Notes: generated by a model not told the origin, from the sequence alone. DNA of 64,000 bases from an uncultured archaeon (GCA_964486045.1 CAZALK010000001.1:256001-320000); one strand, 5' to 3'; positions 38,701-48,639 are shown, counted from the stretch's first letter. Made by a program: numbers and translations.

Positions 38701-40838
38701 AACAAAGTTTAATCTTGGAAGGAAAAAAGACCATCAGGCAATTATCTCAAAAACTAGAGAATATCGAGAAAGAGAGTATATTACATCAAATTTTAAATGA
38801 AGAAAGGACATCTATTCAAAATTTAAAGGAGATTTTAAAGGAGAATTTATACAGAAATATAACTTTGAGTTTAAATGAAAAATCAACTATAATAAAAATC
38901 ATTCGAAAAGATAAGCTAAGTGAAGATAAAACCAAGTTTATATCTGTTTTAAGCAAACTTCCAACAAAAGATTTAATTTCTTTATTAGGAGAGGATTTTA
39001 AAAAGCAGGCACACAAAAAAATGTCTCAAAAAAAAAAAAAAAAAATTATTTGTCCGAATTGTTGTAGTGCTAATAAGATTGTAGATTTAGGAGAAATAAT
39101 AAAATGCCTTAATTGTAAAAAAAAATTTAAAAAGGTCGATATTGAAAATTATTCAGGTGGACCTATTTTGAGTGTTGAAGAAAAAAAATTACAAAAGCAA
39201 AATATGGATAATGACAAAATACCTGAGAACCAGTTTGACATAAAGGAATTAAGTAAACGTCACTTTATCGAGTTCTTAGAGAATCCATTATTCGGCAGAG
39301 TTAATAATTTTGATGTTTCATCTTATCAAACTGAAATTCAAGAAGAGGATGATATTTTAGAGGATGCTACTGCTGATAGAGATAACATTTCTCATTCTAT
39401 GGATGTTCAACCAATTTTTAGTACAAAAAAACAGGTAAATTTGGTCTTAGTTATTAATAATGATCATTGGAAAATCTTAATTGATAAAATAATACATATT
39501 TATAATGAATTGGAAGATGAAAAATGGTCAGTATCTATTACTCAATCTAAAATTAATATTATAATAAATAAGTTATTTAATATATTAACGAATAATTATA
39601 ATGGGTTTTCAAACTATGTTGATTTTAACGCAAATTCTAAAAGGGTTGTTTCTCAATTGATTAAAATGACTCCATTAATTTTAAACCACACAAGCATGAA
39701 ACTTGGAGATATATATAGATTTAGTGGGCATCCTTCTGCTAAAAATCTTCCAGATTATTTACGGGAACTTGTAAAACTTTTTTTTGAAACAGACGCATTA
39801 TATAGAGCAAAATTCAATCTTAAAACAAGAGAAGATTTTTTTGAGGAGTATAAATTATTGGCAGAAGAAAAAGGCTGGATATTGCTTTCAGAGGAATATA
39901 TTAATAATAAAATAGGATTAGATTTTAAATGTCTTAAATGTAATCATGAATGGCATGTACGACCTAATTCTTTAAAAGACACACCATCTCAGAAAGGCCG
40001 AGATTGTCCTAAATGTAATAACAGATTAACTTATACAATAGCAGATATGCAGAAAATTGCTTCAGAACGAGGAGGTTGGTGTCTATCTGAAAATTATGTT
40101 AACAATAAAACTCGTTTAAAATGGAAGTGTGGAAAATGTTATCATGAATGGTGGGCAACTCCACATAGTATTATGATTAGTGATTCATGGTGTCCTCAAT
40201 GTGCTGAGGGTTTATATGAACGAATGTGCCGAGTTATGTTTGAGGAGATTTTTCATAAGGAATTTAAAAAATCTTATCCTTCTTGGTTAATATCAGAACG
40301 GGGGTTTCAAATGCATTTAGATGGTGATAATGAGGAATTAGGTTTATCTTTTGAATATCAGGGAGAACAGCATTATAGGTTTATTAAATTCATACATAAA
40401 ATAATTGAAAAGTTTCAAGCTCAGCAGAATTTAGATATATGGAAACAAAACAAATGTACTGAAAATGGCAGAATACTTATTAAAATTGGCTTTGAAATAA
40501 TAAATGGAAAATTACATAAAATACGGTTCAATGAAATGGAGGATTACATTCGTAAAAAATGCATTGAACAGGGTATTATACCACCAAATAGAATTTTAAA
40601 AATTGATTGGAGAACCCTTGATATCTCACCTCCAGATAAAATTCAAGAAATGGTTGAAATAGCTAAATCTAGAAATGGTTTCTGTTTATCTAAAAGATAT
40701 TTTGGAGTTCATGTAAAATTACATTGGAAGTGTGGAAAATGTGACTATGATTGGTGGGCAACTCCTAAAAATATTAAAAACGGGCATTGGTGTAAAATTT
40801 GTGGCATTCAAAAAATGATTAAAAATCGTAAAAAATAA
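35709..40838 (+). CDS. 1709-aa protein: low-complexity repeats, helical body, then Zn ribbons and a PD-(D/E)xK-like nuclease
   Basis: KNRIxRxxFxPN repeats; acidic tract; two KERYxxETGKRPxYAxKETKGFxxW motifs; three KC..C.H/YxW...P...C..C units; HLDG...LSFEYQGEQHY. Confidence 0.75.
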   Translation: MSFKSNGPNPHPSHKPKAKPKPPKPTPEKDSKSSNQKLNQKPNHKPNQNTKPQPGKIQRTKKQKPKPKPNEKSKNSINPPPPDMNKDAKNTITNLTSQPNKEPIKPPTKSPLEPTKESKNRIVRPVFKPNQNQNSKNRITRPTFKPNQNEGSKNIISRLAFDPNKVSTNKNRIVRPKFDLNDEIKNKITKHTFKPNEQPKNRITRYRLDSNTYERPKNRIIRYKLDPNKTQQPLNKITRHTFNPNEIKNEIKNKITRHTFNPNEDASDETPDEDSFNPNEKTPEETSKEEILSPNEDASDETPDEDSFNPNEKTPEETSKEEILSPNGEESDSDSEPNLDRSFNPSRSGLGTVLVPKELKVELEIKNEENTDPELDPELKSEAEAELVIELEPNEEYPIEPEFPPEALEIMSELEESGFPVENHLNDEMEYEYGLNQDTEFEQKNYDIESELDLELEHQIEQESDHDTDKLESSTVIDEEQEYLPEAKISFTPNQKNSELEHELEPDIEPNLVHKQVKKKKRIKSKELELEKKEVLKERYHQETGKRPFYAEKETKGFLQWLEKKRKLEQKKQIQKEIKNSKEDWEDLLEKWIQQEKQELEPEFYRQQQEEKTNQKMEQTQEKKLSQDPSQKSQKEISQTPKINNIKKMESIREQDEEENVQEFSQKRILEIKHEIAREKEQPQEQSQEIEQEIIQEAHQILKESGIKERYKKETGKRPIYAGKETKGFIEWKKCLKQPKEEQEEKNKLLHKDKKETKEQSKEIRESKEEWAQYLANSIKESGLQEEEKEKLNNFLEKFETLRELLEKLKTKEISEEEFEKELNKFEDILIEKRFIARPLFMNFDWFRRYYNETIRKSGKRVAKFYMPKKTREFISYISGRIEQLEKIGNLHESAEKFEEFLEKSFQVREKWALLLINFIHEVPNKEISKEAKKELETVIKRYCEIRAILLNKNILKEDKEKLIQECIEKCNPRFFELFEILKRFLGIYDNYSRNWMEQSLILEGKKTIRQLSQKLENIEKESILHQILNEERTSIQNLKEILKENLYRNITLSLNEKSTIIKIIRKDKLSEDKTKFISVLSKLPTKDLISLLGEDFKKQAHKKMSQKKKKKIICPNCCSANKIVDLGEIIKCLNCKKKFKKVDIENYSGGPILSVEEKKLQKQNMDNDKIPENQFDIKELSKRHFIEFLENPLFGRVNNFDVSSYQTEIQEEDDILEDATADRDNISHSMDVQPIFSTKKQVNLVLVINNDHWKILIDKIIHIYNELEDEKWSVSITQSKINIIINKLFNILTNNYNGFSNYVDFNANSKRVVSQLIKMTPLILNHTSMKLGDIYRFSGHPSAKNLPDYLRELVKLFFETDALYRAKFNLKTREDFFEEYKLLAEEKGWILLSEEYINNKIGLDFKCLKCNHEWHVRPNSLKDTPSQKGRDCPKCNNRLTYTIADMQKIASERGGWCLSENYVNNKTRLKWKCGKCYHEWWATPHSIMISDSWCPQCAEGLYERMCRVMFEEIFHKEFKKSYPSWLISERGFQMHLDGDNEELGLSFEYQGEQHYRFIKFIHKIIEKFQAQQNLDIWKQNKCTENGRILIKIGFEIINGKLHKIRFNEMEDYIRKKCIEQGIIPPNRILKIDWRTLDISPPDKIQEMVEIAKSRNGFCLSKRYFGVHVKLHWKCGKCDYDWWATPKNIKNGHWCKICGIQKMIKNRKK
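36491..36690 (+). repeat. Exact 96-bp coding tandem duplication
   Basis: PNEDASDETPDEDSFNPNEKTPEETSKEEILS twice, identical DNA. Confidence 0.95.
39028..39045 (+). repeat. A18 homopolymer inside a CDS
   Basis: 18 consecutive A, within the codons for QKKKKKI. Confidence 0.9.
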
Positions 40839-41174
40839 TTTCCTTTAATCTAGTCATATAAATTTAAATTGAATATAAAAACATATCTTACTTAACAATA
40901 AAATTTACCAATAGATTGTTTTGTAACTGCATTTTTTATGCAAGTGAATTTATACACTACTAATATCTCTACTTAATGATCACAAAACTAATTTTTTAAA
41001 TTGTGTTGTTATTATAATATTTATATTTATAACGGAATATATGAATTAAGATAACCAAAATCTGAAATCTATTGCTTTATATTATTAAGCTTTTTAGTTT
41101 GAGAAACTAGTATGGTAAAAAATTAAAAAAGAAGGTTGAGATAGAATTAGTATATCAAACCTTTTCATTATTGA

Positions 41175-42623
41175 ATGGTTCTTATGGAAAAAGATCTGCT
41201 TAGCAAATTTCTTGAATTAATGTCTTCCAGAATTACAGATTCTGATCTTGAGTTAACCAAATTGGGTAATTCGTTGGGATTAGACTTAGTGTCTTTCGCA
41301 AAATTAAGAGAATCACAACAAGATGGATTTGTAGACGATATAAGAGAAAGAGCGTTAAAAAAAATGGAAAAAAATAGGGTCAATTTTCTAGAAAATAATG
41401 ACTTATTCTACTCTGGAAGTATCGATTTCATGGTATCTGATGAACCAGAAGGAAAGAAATTTTTCCTATTAGAAACTAATGGTGGATCTCACAGAGGTAT
41501 TTCAATTATAACCAAAAAACAACAGTCCCTATTGTATAATGGGTATCTAGAAGCCATATACCAAGTAGTTAAAAAAAATGAAAGAAAAGACAATAGAGTC
41601 TTAATAGTGCTTGGTGTACCTATAAAGGATGCCCTAATTCACGAAAAAGTAATTATGGTAGAATATTTCAGAAAAAAATTAAAATCAGAAGGACATAAGG
41701 TTAAAATATTCAATAAAGATAACTATAATATTAATTTTAAGGCTGAAATCATTTTTTTAATAGCAGATTATAGACAACTATCCACTTCTCTCTCTTATTC
41801 TGAAAAATGGGTAAAATATAGAGGTGAAAATGTAAGTCTTTTAATTGGTGATGGGATAGCAAGACGTTTAGATGATGAAAAATTTACTAAGCAAGTAAAA
41901 GAAGATATTCTCAAAATTAAAACTAAAATTGTAAATCCTATTTATAAGATCACTGATGATAAGTCGTTAACCTACCTCGCGAGTTTCATAAGTAAAGACA
42001 TATTAAAAAAGTATAACCTCAAATACCTCTTATTTACAAAAGCTTTTGACGAGAAAGACTTAATTAAAAAATTAAAGTATCTTATAAAAAAGTATAAGCG
42101 ATCTTTTATTATTAAACCTAGTGGGGGATCTGGGGGTGCGGGAGTAATTCCTGTGTCTAAAGATGAAAATCCAGCTAATTATAGAGAGATTATCGAGGAA
42201 AGTAAGAAAGAATTCTTCGATAAATTCATGAAAAATCGCAATCCATATCCTTATACTATACAAGAAAAAGCTAATTTCTCTTTAATAAACTGGAGAGGAG
42301 GAAAGCACACTTTTGATGTAAGGATCTACTTAGCTCAAAATAAAGGCAAAGTTGTGCCAATAGGAGGGTTAGCAAGAATAGCACGTGGAAATTTTTCTAA
42401 GGGGATAGATAAGCAAGAGTTTGTTGTTAACTTATCAGGATATAATGGTCAAATTGAAGTTGAACGCGGGATTGGTTTTTCAAATAAAAACTGTAAACTT
42501 TTAAACTTAATTGGGGAAGATTTTGTTAACATGTTTTGTATTGGTTGTGTGATTTTTACAAAAATAGTACAATATCATAAAAAAATCATAAATTTCACAG
42601 AGTGGGACAAAGTTATTGAATAA
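41175..42623 (+). CDS. Circularly permuted ATP-grasp ligase (YheC/D- or TTL-like)
   Basis: SIDF...FFLLETNG near the N-terminus; DDK, IIKPSGGSGGAGV, YTIQE, TFDVRIY and VVNLS later. Confidence 0.75.
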   Translation: MVLMEKDLLSKFLELMSSRITDSDLELTKLGNSLGLDLVSFAKLRESQQDGFVDDIRERALKKMEKNRVNFLENNDLFYSGSIDFMVSDEPEGKKFFLLETNGGSHRGISIITKKQQSLLYNGYLEAIYQVVKKNERKDNRVLIVLGVPIKDALIHEKVIMVEYFRKKLKSEGHKVKIFNKDNYNINFKAEIIFLIADYRQLSTSLSYSEKWVKYRGENVSLLIGDGIARRLDDEKFTKQVKEDILKIKTKIVNPIYKITDDKSLTYLASFISKDILKKYNLKYLLFTKAFDEKDLIKKLKYLIKKYKRSFIIKPSGGSGGAGVIPVSKDENPANYREIIEESKKEFFDKFMKNRNPYPYTIQEKANFSLINWRGGKHTFDVRIYLAQNKGKVVPIGGLARIARGNFSKGIDKQEFVVNLSGYNGQIEVERGIGFSNKNCKLLNLIGEDFVNMFCIGCVIFTKIVQYHKKIINFTEWDKVIE

Positions 42624-43793
42624 GTGATGATAAACAAAAAATATTTAAAAAAATTATTGGATTTAAGTAAAAGGAATATTTTATTTGATAAAATCCTAAA
42701 AAAATTAAGAAATTATGCAGATTTAGAAAATATATATTATCATGAGTTCAATACCTCTGAAGGAAGAATACCTATTCTAACACTTGCAAAGTCATTGAAA
42801 CCTGCAGAGATCAGGTATATCAAAATATTTGTAGGTGCTCAACATAATGAATTTAATGGCTTGTTTGGGATTATAGAATTTCTCAACTTGATTGAAAAAT
42901 CCATTATCTCTCTTAATGAAATCTTGGCATCTAATCAAGCTTTAATTTTGGCCCCTTTAATGAATCCATATGGGTTCTTGCATCCCAGAAAAGATAATAA
43001 ATCGGGATACTATCTTAAGAATGGAACAAATTTAAATCGGTTTTGGAGAAAGACTTTCGCTCCGGAGTACAAGAGTGATGAAGAAGGTTTTAATAACCAT
43101 AGAATTCCGGAACATACTAAAATATTTAAAAAAATACTTGATAAATTCTGGAAGAAAGAGGATATTCAAATATATATAATGGATTTTCATGAAACTTCTC
43201 TTCTTGAAAGGTTTTCAGAAGAATTAAATAATACCCTGAGAACAGATCTAAATACTTTTAAATTCTCTCATTGGCTTAAGGAACGAATGATTTATAATAT
43301 TATTAAATTATATAATATAAATATTACCCAAACACCCCTTTTCGGTAAAAGTAATCCAAATGCAGATCATTCTCATATAAATTTGCCAAAAAACCAGCTT
43401 GAATTGGTTTGTGACAAGCTCCAAGATCATATCTCTAACAATAATGGAAAAATGCAATTCTATTTTTGTTATAGCAATGAAAGTAAGCAATTCTGTAAAC
43501 GACTTGCCCGAAATATTTATAATAAATTGAAAGAAATATTGTGGGAAACATGTTATCCTGCATTTAATCATAGTTTTATCAATCATGGTTGTTTTGTCAA
43601 CATGAATGACGCCATCACGAGAAAAGGAGTTTATTCTATGGAATTAGAGACTCAAAAACATATTTTTAATATATTTGATGAAATTGAAAAATCAAAAACA
43701 GAAATGGATTATTTTGATAAAAAAGTTAAAAAAATGAATATGGCCATAAAATTAGTAGTTGAGTCCATTAAGGAGATGTTAATTAGCTTCTGA
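42624..43793 (+). CDS. M14-family zinc carboxypeptidase/deacylase
   Basis: GAQHNE, NPYG, NLNRFW, MDFHE, and a late MELE. Confidence 0.75.
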   Translation: MMINKKYLKKLLDLSKRNILFDKILKKLRNYADLENIYYHEFNTSEGRIPILTLAKSLKPAEIRYIKIFVGAQHNEFNGLFGIIEFLNLIEKSIISLNEILASNQALILAPLMNPYGFLHPRKDNKSGYYLKNGTNLNRFWRKTFAPEYKSDEEGFNNHRIPEHTKIFKKILDKFWKKEDIQIYIMDFHETSLLERFSEELNNTLRTDLNTFKFSHWLKERMIYNIIKLYNINITQTPLFGKSNPNADHSHINLPKNQLELVCDKLQDHISNNNGKMQFYFCYSNESKQFCKRLARNIYNKLKEILWETCYPAFNHSFINHGCFVNMNDAITRKGVYSMELETQKHIFNIFDEIEKSKTEMDYFDKKVKKMNMAIKLVVESIKEMLISF

Positions 43794-43859
43794 TTTTTCC
43801 CTCTTTTTAGGCTATTAAATATTTAAACTGAATATAATTCCTTCAAACATTGTCTGCCA

Positions 43860-44858
43860 CTAAGAATTTAAGAAAGAGAGTGTTGCCCCTACTAGTGCAC
43901 ATTCGTTTTTTTTGTGAGAATGTCCACCTTTTTTTAAAATTAACAAATTTTCAGTTGGGGATTCTAAAACCTTCGCGTTTTCCTTAAAATTTATAAATTT
44001 TATGACCCTATCATTTTTGCTATGTATCAACATAACTCTTTTTGAAAATTTCTCCCATTTTTCAGGGGAAAAATTGCTTTTTGTATTTTCAATAATCAAA
44101 TAAGGAGAAAGTTTTTCATTTTCTTCGGAAGTTGGAAATAGTCTTACACCCTTCATTAAATAGCTTATTATAACTATTAGATTGAATTTCGGAAGATTTT
44201 GTTTATAATGAGACATTGATGAGATAGCTATAATTTTCTCTATATCAATATTCTGAAACCCGGCACATAATATAGTCAATGCTCCTATACTGAATCCTAT
44301 GCTGTTTAGTGTAAAATTTGAATATTCTTTATTAGATTTTATCCATTTGACTACAGAATTAAAATCTTCAACCCGTTTAAGAAAATCGCCTCGTTTTCCT
44401 AACTTTTTCGATTCACCCGTCCCTCTAGCGTCATAAACTAAAATGACATAACCTTGGAAAGCTAAAGGATAATAGTAATATTGAAGAGTTTCTTTTGTGT
44501 CTGAAAAACCATGGCAAATTACTATTATAGAATTCCTAGATTTAACTCGCTCTAGATTCTTATTCTTTATTAATATAGCTGACAAAAACCCATCAGGAGT
44601 TCTAATTTTTGTATCTATTTCATCTAATGACTTAAGAGAAAGGCCCAACCAGCGATCATACCAAAGATCTCTAATTGACCAATAAATTTCAAAAGGAGTG
44701 TATATTATCAAAAATGTTGTTAACGATAACAGGAAACATCTAGTAAATGCTACTGATTCACATGGATTTCCTAGCCAAATGTTCACTCGAAATATGAACC
44801 AACTAAATATACCATCAAAAATTATTAAAATAAGACGTTTTATATTGTTTGATATCAT
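43860..44858 (-). CDS. Membrane-anchored alpha/beta hydrolase
   Basis: N-terminal TMs; CHGF, YDARGTGES, GFSIG, NDRVI, GGH. Confidence 0.85.
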   Translation of the reverse strand: MISNNIKRLILIIFDGIFSWFIFRVNIWLGNPCESVAFTRCFLLSLTTFLIIYTPFEIYWSIRDLWYDRWLGLSLKSLDEIDTKIRTPDGFLSAILIKNKNLERVKSRNSIIVICHGFSDTKETLQYYYYPLAFQGYVILVYDARGTGESKKLGKRGDFLKRVEDFNSVVKWIKSNKEYSNFTLNSIGFSIGALTILCAGFQNIDIEKIIAISSMSHYKQNLPKFNLIVIISYLMKGVRLFPTSEENEKLSPYLIIENTKSNFSPEKWEKFSKRVMLIHSKNDRVIKFINFKENAKVLESPTENLLILKKGGHSHKKNECALVGATLSFLNS

Positions 44859-44996
44859 GTTTTTTCATTATAGTAATGTTCGATTAATAGAAAAAGAAGA
44901 TTAAAATATTGCAAGTTAATCTACTTTGACTTATGAAATAAGGTTCTATGACATAAGAAATAATCATCTGCTCATCTAGTTTTGATAAAGTTTCGT

Positions 44997-45326
44997 TTAT
45001 AGTTTTGCCTTATTTGGAGGACATCCAAAATCAACTCTTACTTTACAATCTCGTTTAGTAGAACTGCCTTTACACGGTGCGCATTTAACTTTTCTCATTA
45101 GAGTTTCTATTTCATCTATTTCATAACCTAATGATTCCTCCTCCGTTTCATCCACCAACATGTCATCTTTAATCTTATCAAGATCATAATCAACATCGTC
45201 TTCCAAATTATCTTTCCAATCTTCTAAATCTAAAATCTCGTCACCATCTTCATCTACTTTTCCTTTTGGGATTTCGAGATCTTCTTCTTCGACTGGAGTG
45301 CTCTTTTTTTTAGCCATGGTTTTCAC
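44997..45326 (-). CDS. Small acidic protein with a C-terminal Cys cluster
   Basis: D/E-rich body; CAPC...C...C. Confidence 0.65.
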   Translation of the reverse strand: MKTMAKKKSTPVEEEDLEIPKGKVDEDGDEILDLEDWKDNLEDDVDYDLDKIKDDMLVDETEEESLGYEIDEIETLMRKVKCAPCKGSSTKRDCKVRVDFGCPPNKAKL

Positions 45327-45485
45327 CTATATCAGACTTTCTTTTTTATTATTGAAACTTTTTAAAATATAATCTTTGCTAAAATTTAATTTTAATACTA
45401 TTTATCTATTAAAATCTAAAAAACTTTAGATTACCTTTAATAAAGATGGTATGAATATCATGATTTATCATGGTTTAACGTATTG

Positions 45486-47576
45486 CTAAAAATCAAAACT
45501 CATGATTTCATCTATTTGATTTAGAAGCTCCTTATTTTCCAAGATTCTATCTAAAAAATTCTTAATTTCAATTAAAGTTAGATCTAACTCTTCAGCTGTG
45601 TAAATATTGTAGTTTTTAATCTGGTATCGAGGTAGAAGATACTTTATTTGGAAATTTTTCATCTCATCTTCAAAATACAAAAATTCCCTTACTATTTTGA
45701 AATCTTTGTTAAACTCTAAGTAAAGCTTATCTAAATATAAAAGGTTAACTAAGGAGTTGGTGATTTTTTTACATGTAGAAATGAAATGTGGAACTGTCTT
45801 TTGAAACTCATCTTTTATCAAATTTAAATTTAGGGTTGTAAAAGCAGACTCAGATTGAATATCATATTGTAGTTGGCATAAAAGGTGTAAAATTTTACCA
45901 AAGTATGACAATATTAAAGGAAGTGTTTGTGGTATTGGTAGTCTTCGAATAAAGCTTCCATTAAATCTCAAATAGCCTCCAGACATATGAAGCGTACTGA
46001 ATAGAGTTTTAAATATGAGATCCATTAATTTTGAGTTCATTATTGCTAAGAGCCCAAAAAGTTTTTCCTGGTTAAACGATGGAATCGATACAAAATATAA
46101 GCCTGTTACATTCGTATATATCCCAGGATCATAATTCCATGTTAATTCTTTAGCTACTTCTCTAAAGACCAGTTTTTGAGTTGAACATACCTCCCAAATG
46201 TGTTCAAATTCAATGTTGTATCTAAAATAAGAAATCGGAATGATTTTCTTAGCTATTTTAATAAGTTTGTCAAATTTTATATGATATTTTCCAACATTCC
46301 CCGTCCCTATTAACAATAGATCTTTTTTTGAATGTGGAGTATTGCTAATGTTATTAAGGTGTTTGGACCAGTTAATAAATCCATACGGTCGATATAATAT
46401 TTTTAGATCGCTTATCGAGTCAGATAACGTTTTAAAGTTATTGTATAAATAATTTATTAAATGTATTTGGCCAGAGATTGGAAAAACAAATGAGGGGATT
46501 TTCATTATCAATTGCTGAGGTAATAATTGTGATTCTGTATTGCGATTCTCAATCAATTCATTCAATTTTTGGAATTTTTTTATCACAACCATATTACTTG
46601 CCTTAGGCAAGGATTTTTTAAAAGTTATAATTATAGGATAAACCGCAGTTCTGCCAAAGATTGGAAGCGAGGAAATATTAGTTATTTCTTTAAGTTCTGT
46701 GTGGTTAATAAGCAATTGTCGGATTCGAATTCCATAATCAGCTGCTAAGAATTTATTTGTTGTTAACATCGATAAAAAACCATCTTTTTCCTTTAATAGC
46801 TCTAACGATTTCTCAATAAACAGAACTGAAATATCAAATAAACGATAAGCAGAACTAAATCTCTTAGTTAACTTTTTCTTATATTCGGTATTTTTGATTT
46901 TCTTATTTTCAACGTAAGGAGGATTTCCTACTATAATATCAAACATTGCAGAATCATATTTTAAAAGAAAGTCTAAATTGAATAAATTCAGTTTAATGTC
47001 ATATGAATGGATAATTTTTTCAATTTCTTCAAGGTGTAAATTGTCCATATTCAGATCAGGAAGTTCCAGAATCATTTCATTATTAGTAAAAAGCCAAGAA
47101 ATTAATCGTAACTTTGTAATAATATAAGCAGATTTCTCTATTTCGATACCATAAAGATTTTCTTTTATTATATGTCTTTTAATTTCATAATTATCCAATC
47201 CAGAATTCAGAATTCTATAAAATTTAAAAAGCATTTCAGCAGTAGAAATTAAAAATCTCCCAGATCCACAAGCCGGATCTAAAATTTTAATGGTTTGGAG
47301 CTTTTTAATCAATTTTTTTTTTAAATTATTATTTTTATCCAAATAATGCTGAAAATTTACGAAAGAGGTTTCTAATGTGAAGTTATTAGGTAAGTTATAT
47401 AGTTCTTTGAAATATAATTGAAAAACCCTTAAGACTATGTAGTCTACAAGAGGTTTTGGAGTATAAATTACCCCCAAGCTCTTACTATTAGTTTTTTCAT
47501 TGACTTTATCATTTTCAAAGTCAGTAATAACTTTGTTTATATTACTTAAAAAATCTTGAACTAACAACTTTTTCAC
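45486..47576 (-). CDS. N6-adenine DNA methyltransferase (Eco57I/TaqI-like gamma class with TRD)
   Basis: YTP, ILDPACGSGRF, GIEI, IVGNPPY, TRD-like C-terminus. Confidence 0.88.
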   Translation of the reverse strand: MKKLLVQDFLSNINKVITDFENDKVNEKTNSKSLGVIYTPKPLVDYIVLRVFQLYFKELYNLPNNFTLETSFVNFQHYLDKNNNLKKKLIKKLQTIKILDPACGSGRFLISTAEMLFKFYRILNSGLDNYEIKRHIIKENLYGIEIEKSAYIITKLRLISWLFTNNEMILELPDLNMDNLHLEEIEKIIHSYDIKLNLFNLDFLLKYDSAMFDIIVGNPPYVENKKIKNTEYKKKLTKRFSSAYRLFDISVLFIEKSLELLKEKDGFLSMLTTNKFLAADYGIRIRQLLINHTELKEITNISSLPIFGRTAVYPIIITFKKSLPKASNMVVIKKFQKLNELIENRNTESQLLPQQLIMKIPSFVFPISGQIHLINYLYNNFKTLSDSISDLKILYRPYGFINWSKHLNNISNTPHSKKDLLLIGTGNVGKYHIKFDKLIKIAKKIIPISYFRYNIEFEHIWEVCSTQKLVFREVAKELTWNYDPGIYTNVTGLYFVSIPSFNQEKLFGLLAIMNSKLMDLIFKTLFSTLHMSGGYLRFNGSFIRRLPIPQTLPLILSYFGKILHLLCQLQYDIQSESAFTTLNLNLIKDEFQKTVPHFISTCKKITNSLVNLLYLDKLYLEFNKDFKIVREFLYFEDEMKNFQIKYLLPRYQIKNYNIYTAEELDLTLIEIKNFLDRILENKELLNQIDEIMSFDF

Positions 47577-47733
47577 TTGTAATTAAAGTACCAAGTATAC
47601 TTTTTAGAATTTTCTACGAATTTTGTTTTAAAGTTAGTTTTCCTTATTTATAAAAATGATAGAAATAAAAATTAAAAGAATATAGCAATAACTAGGAAAA
47701 TTTTTTAAATTTAATTATTTTTTATTCAAGATT

Positions 47734-48639
47734 TTGATAGAAAAAACATTTTTGAAGGATCTTATTGATAACCCAGGTACATTATCGGATTTGAGATTTG
47801 AAGAAATAAGTAAAATTCTTGAAAATGTCAAAAGAATCTTTGAAAATGAAAATTTGCTTTTAGAATTCAACGTGAAAAATTCAAAGAGAAATATTTATGT
47901 AATTGGGGATATTCATGGAAATTTAGAAACGTTATTAGGAATATGTGAATTATTAGATAAAAATCAGCCAAATCTAGGTATATTTTTGGGAGATATTGTT
48001 GATCGAGGCTCTAAACAATTAGAATGTTTGCTATTCATTTTAGTTTTAAAAATCCTAAATCCCCACAAATATTATCTGTTAAGGGGAAATCATGAAACTG
48101 TGGAAATGAATAAGTATTATGGGTTTTATCAAGAGTTTATAGAGAAATTTAAGGATCCCCTTAAATTTGAGGAAATTATAGCAGTTTATAATTCACTTCC
48201 AATTTGCGCAATAATTAACAACACTATTCTATGCTTACATGGTGGAATTCCTCAAGATGAGGAAATTTTGCAAAAAATAAAAGGAGTAAAAACTAAAAAA
48301 ATTAGTACTATCTTCGAATCAATTTCGCACAGCTTGATTCAAATTATGTGGAATGATCCTAAAGAGAAGTTACAAGGATTTACTGAAAGTTTTAGGGGAG
48401 CAGGCATTAAATTTTTTGGTGAAGATGTGTTTGATAGTTTTATGAGCAAGAATAATCTAAAATTACTTATTAGAGCTCATGAATGCTTTCCTGAAGGATT
48501 TAGATGGTTTTTTCATAATCACCTTTTGTCAATATTTTCTTCTGCAAATTATCGAGGGAGTTTTTCACCTAATCCTGCTTCCTTTGCAGTAATTAGTAAT
48601 AATGAAATTAAATCAAAAATTATGAAATTGGATTTATGA
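47734..48639 (+). CDS. PPP-family Ser/Thr protein phosphatase
   Basis: GDIHG, GDIVDRG, RGNHE, HGG, WNDP, IRAHE, FSSANY. Confidence 0.93.
   Translation: MIEKTFLKDLIDNPGTLSDLRFEEISKILENVKRIFENENLLLEFNVKNSKRNIYVIGDIHGNLETLLGICELLDKNQPNLGIFLGDIVDRGSKQLECLLFILVLKILNPHKYYLLRGNHETVEMNKYYGFYQEFIEKFKDPLKFEEIIAVYNSLPICAIINNTILCLHGGIPQDEEILQKIKGVKTKKISTIFESISHSLIQIMWNDPKEKLQGFTESFRGAGIKFFGEDVFDSFMSKNNLKLLIRAHECFPEGFRWFFHNHLLSIFSSANYRGSFSPNPASFAVISNNEIKSKIMKLDL

Noticed and set aside
35805-39016. Short ORFs overlapping the 1709-aa gene, and similar antisense ORFs across the window
   Set aside because: Antisense or alternate-frame shadows of biased coding sequence, with no motifs
1700-41000. Accessory region as a provirus or IS-bearing element
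   Set aside because: No integrase, transposase, capsid, terminase or terminal inverted repeats recognised
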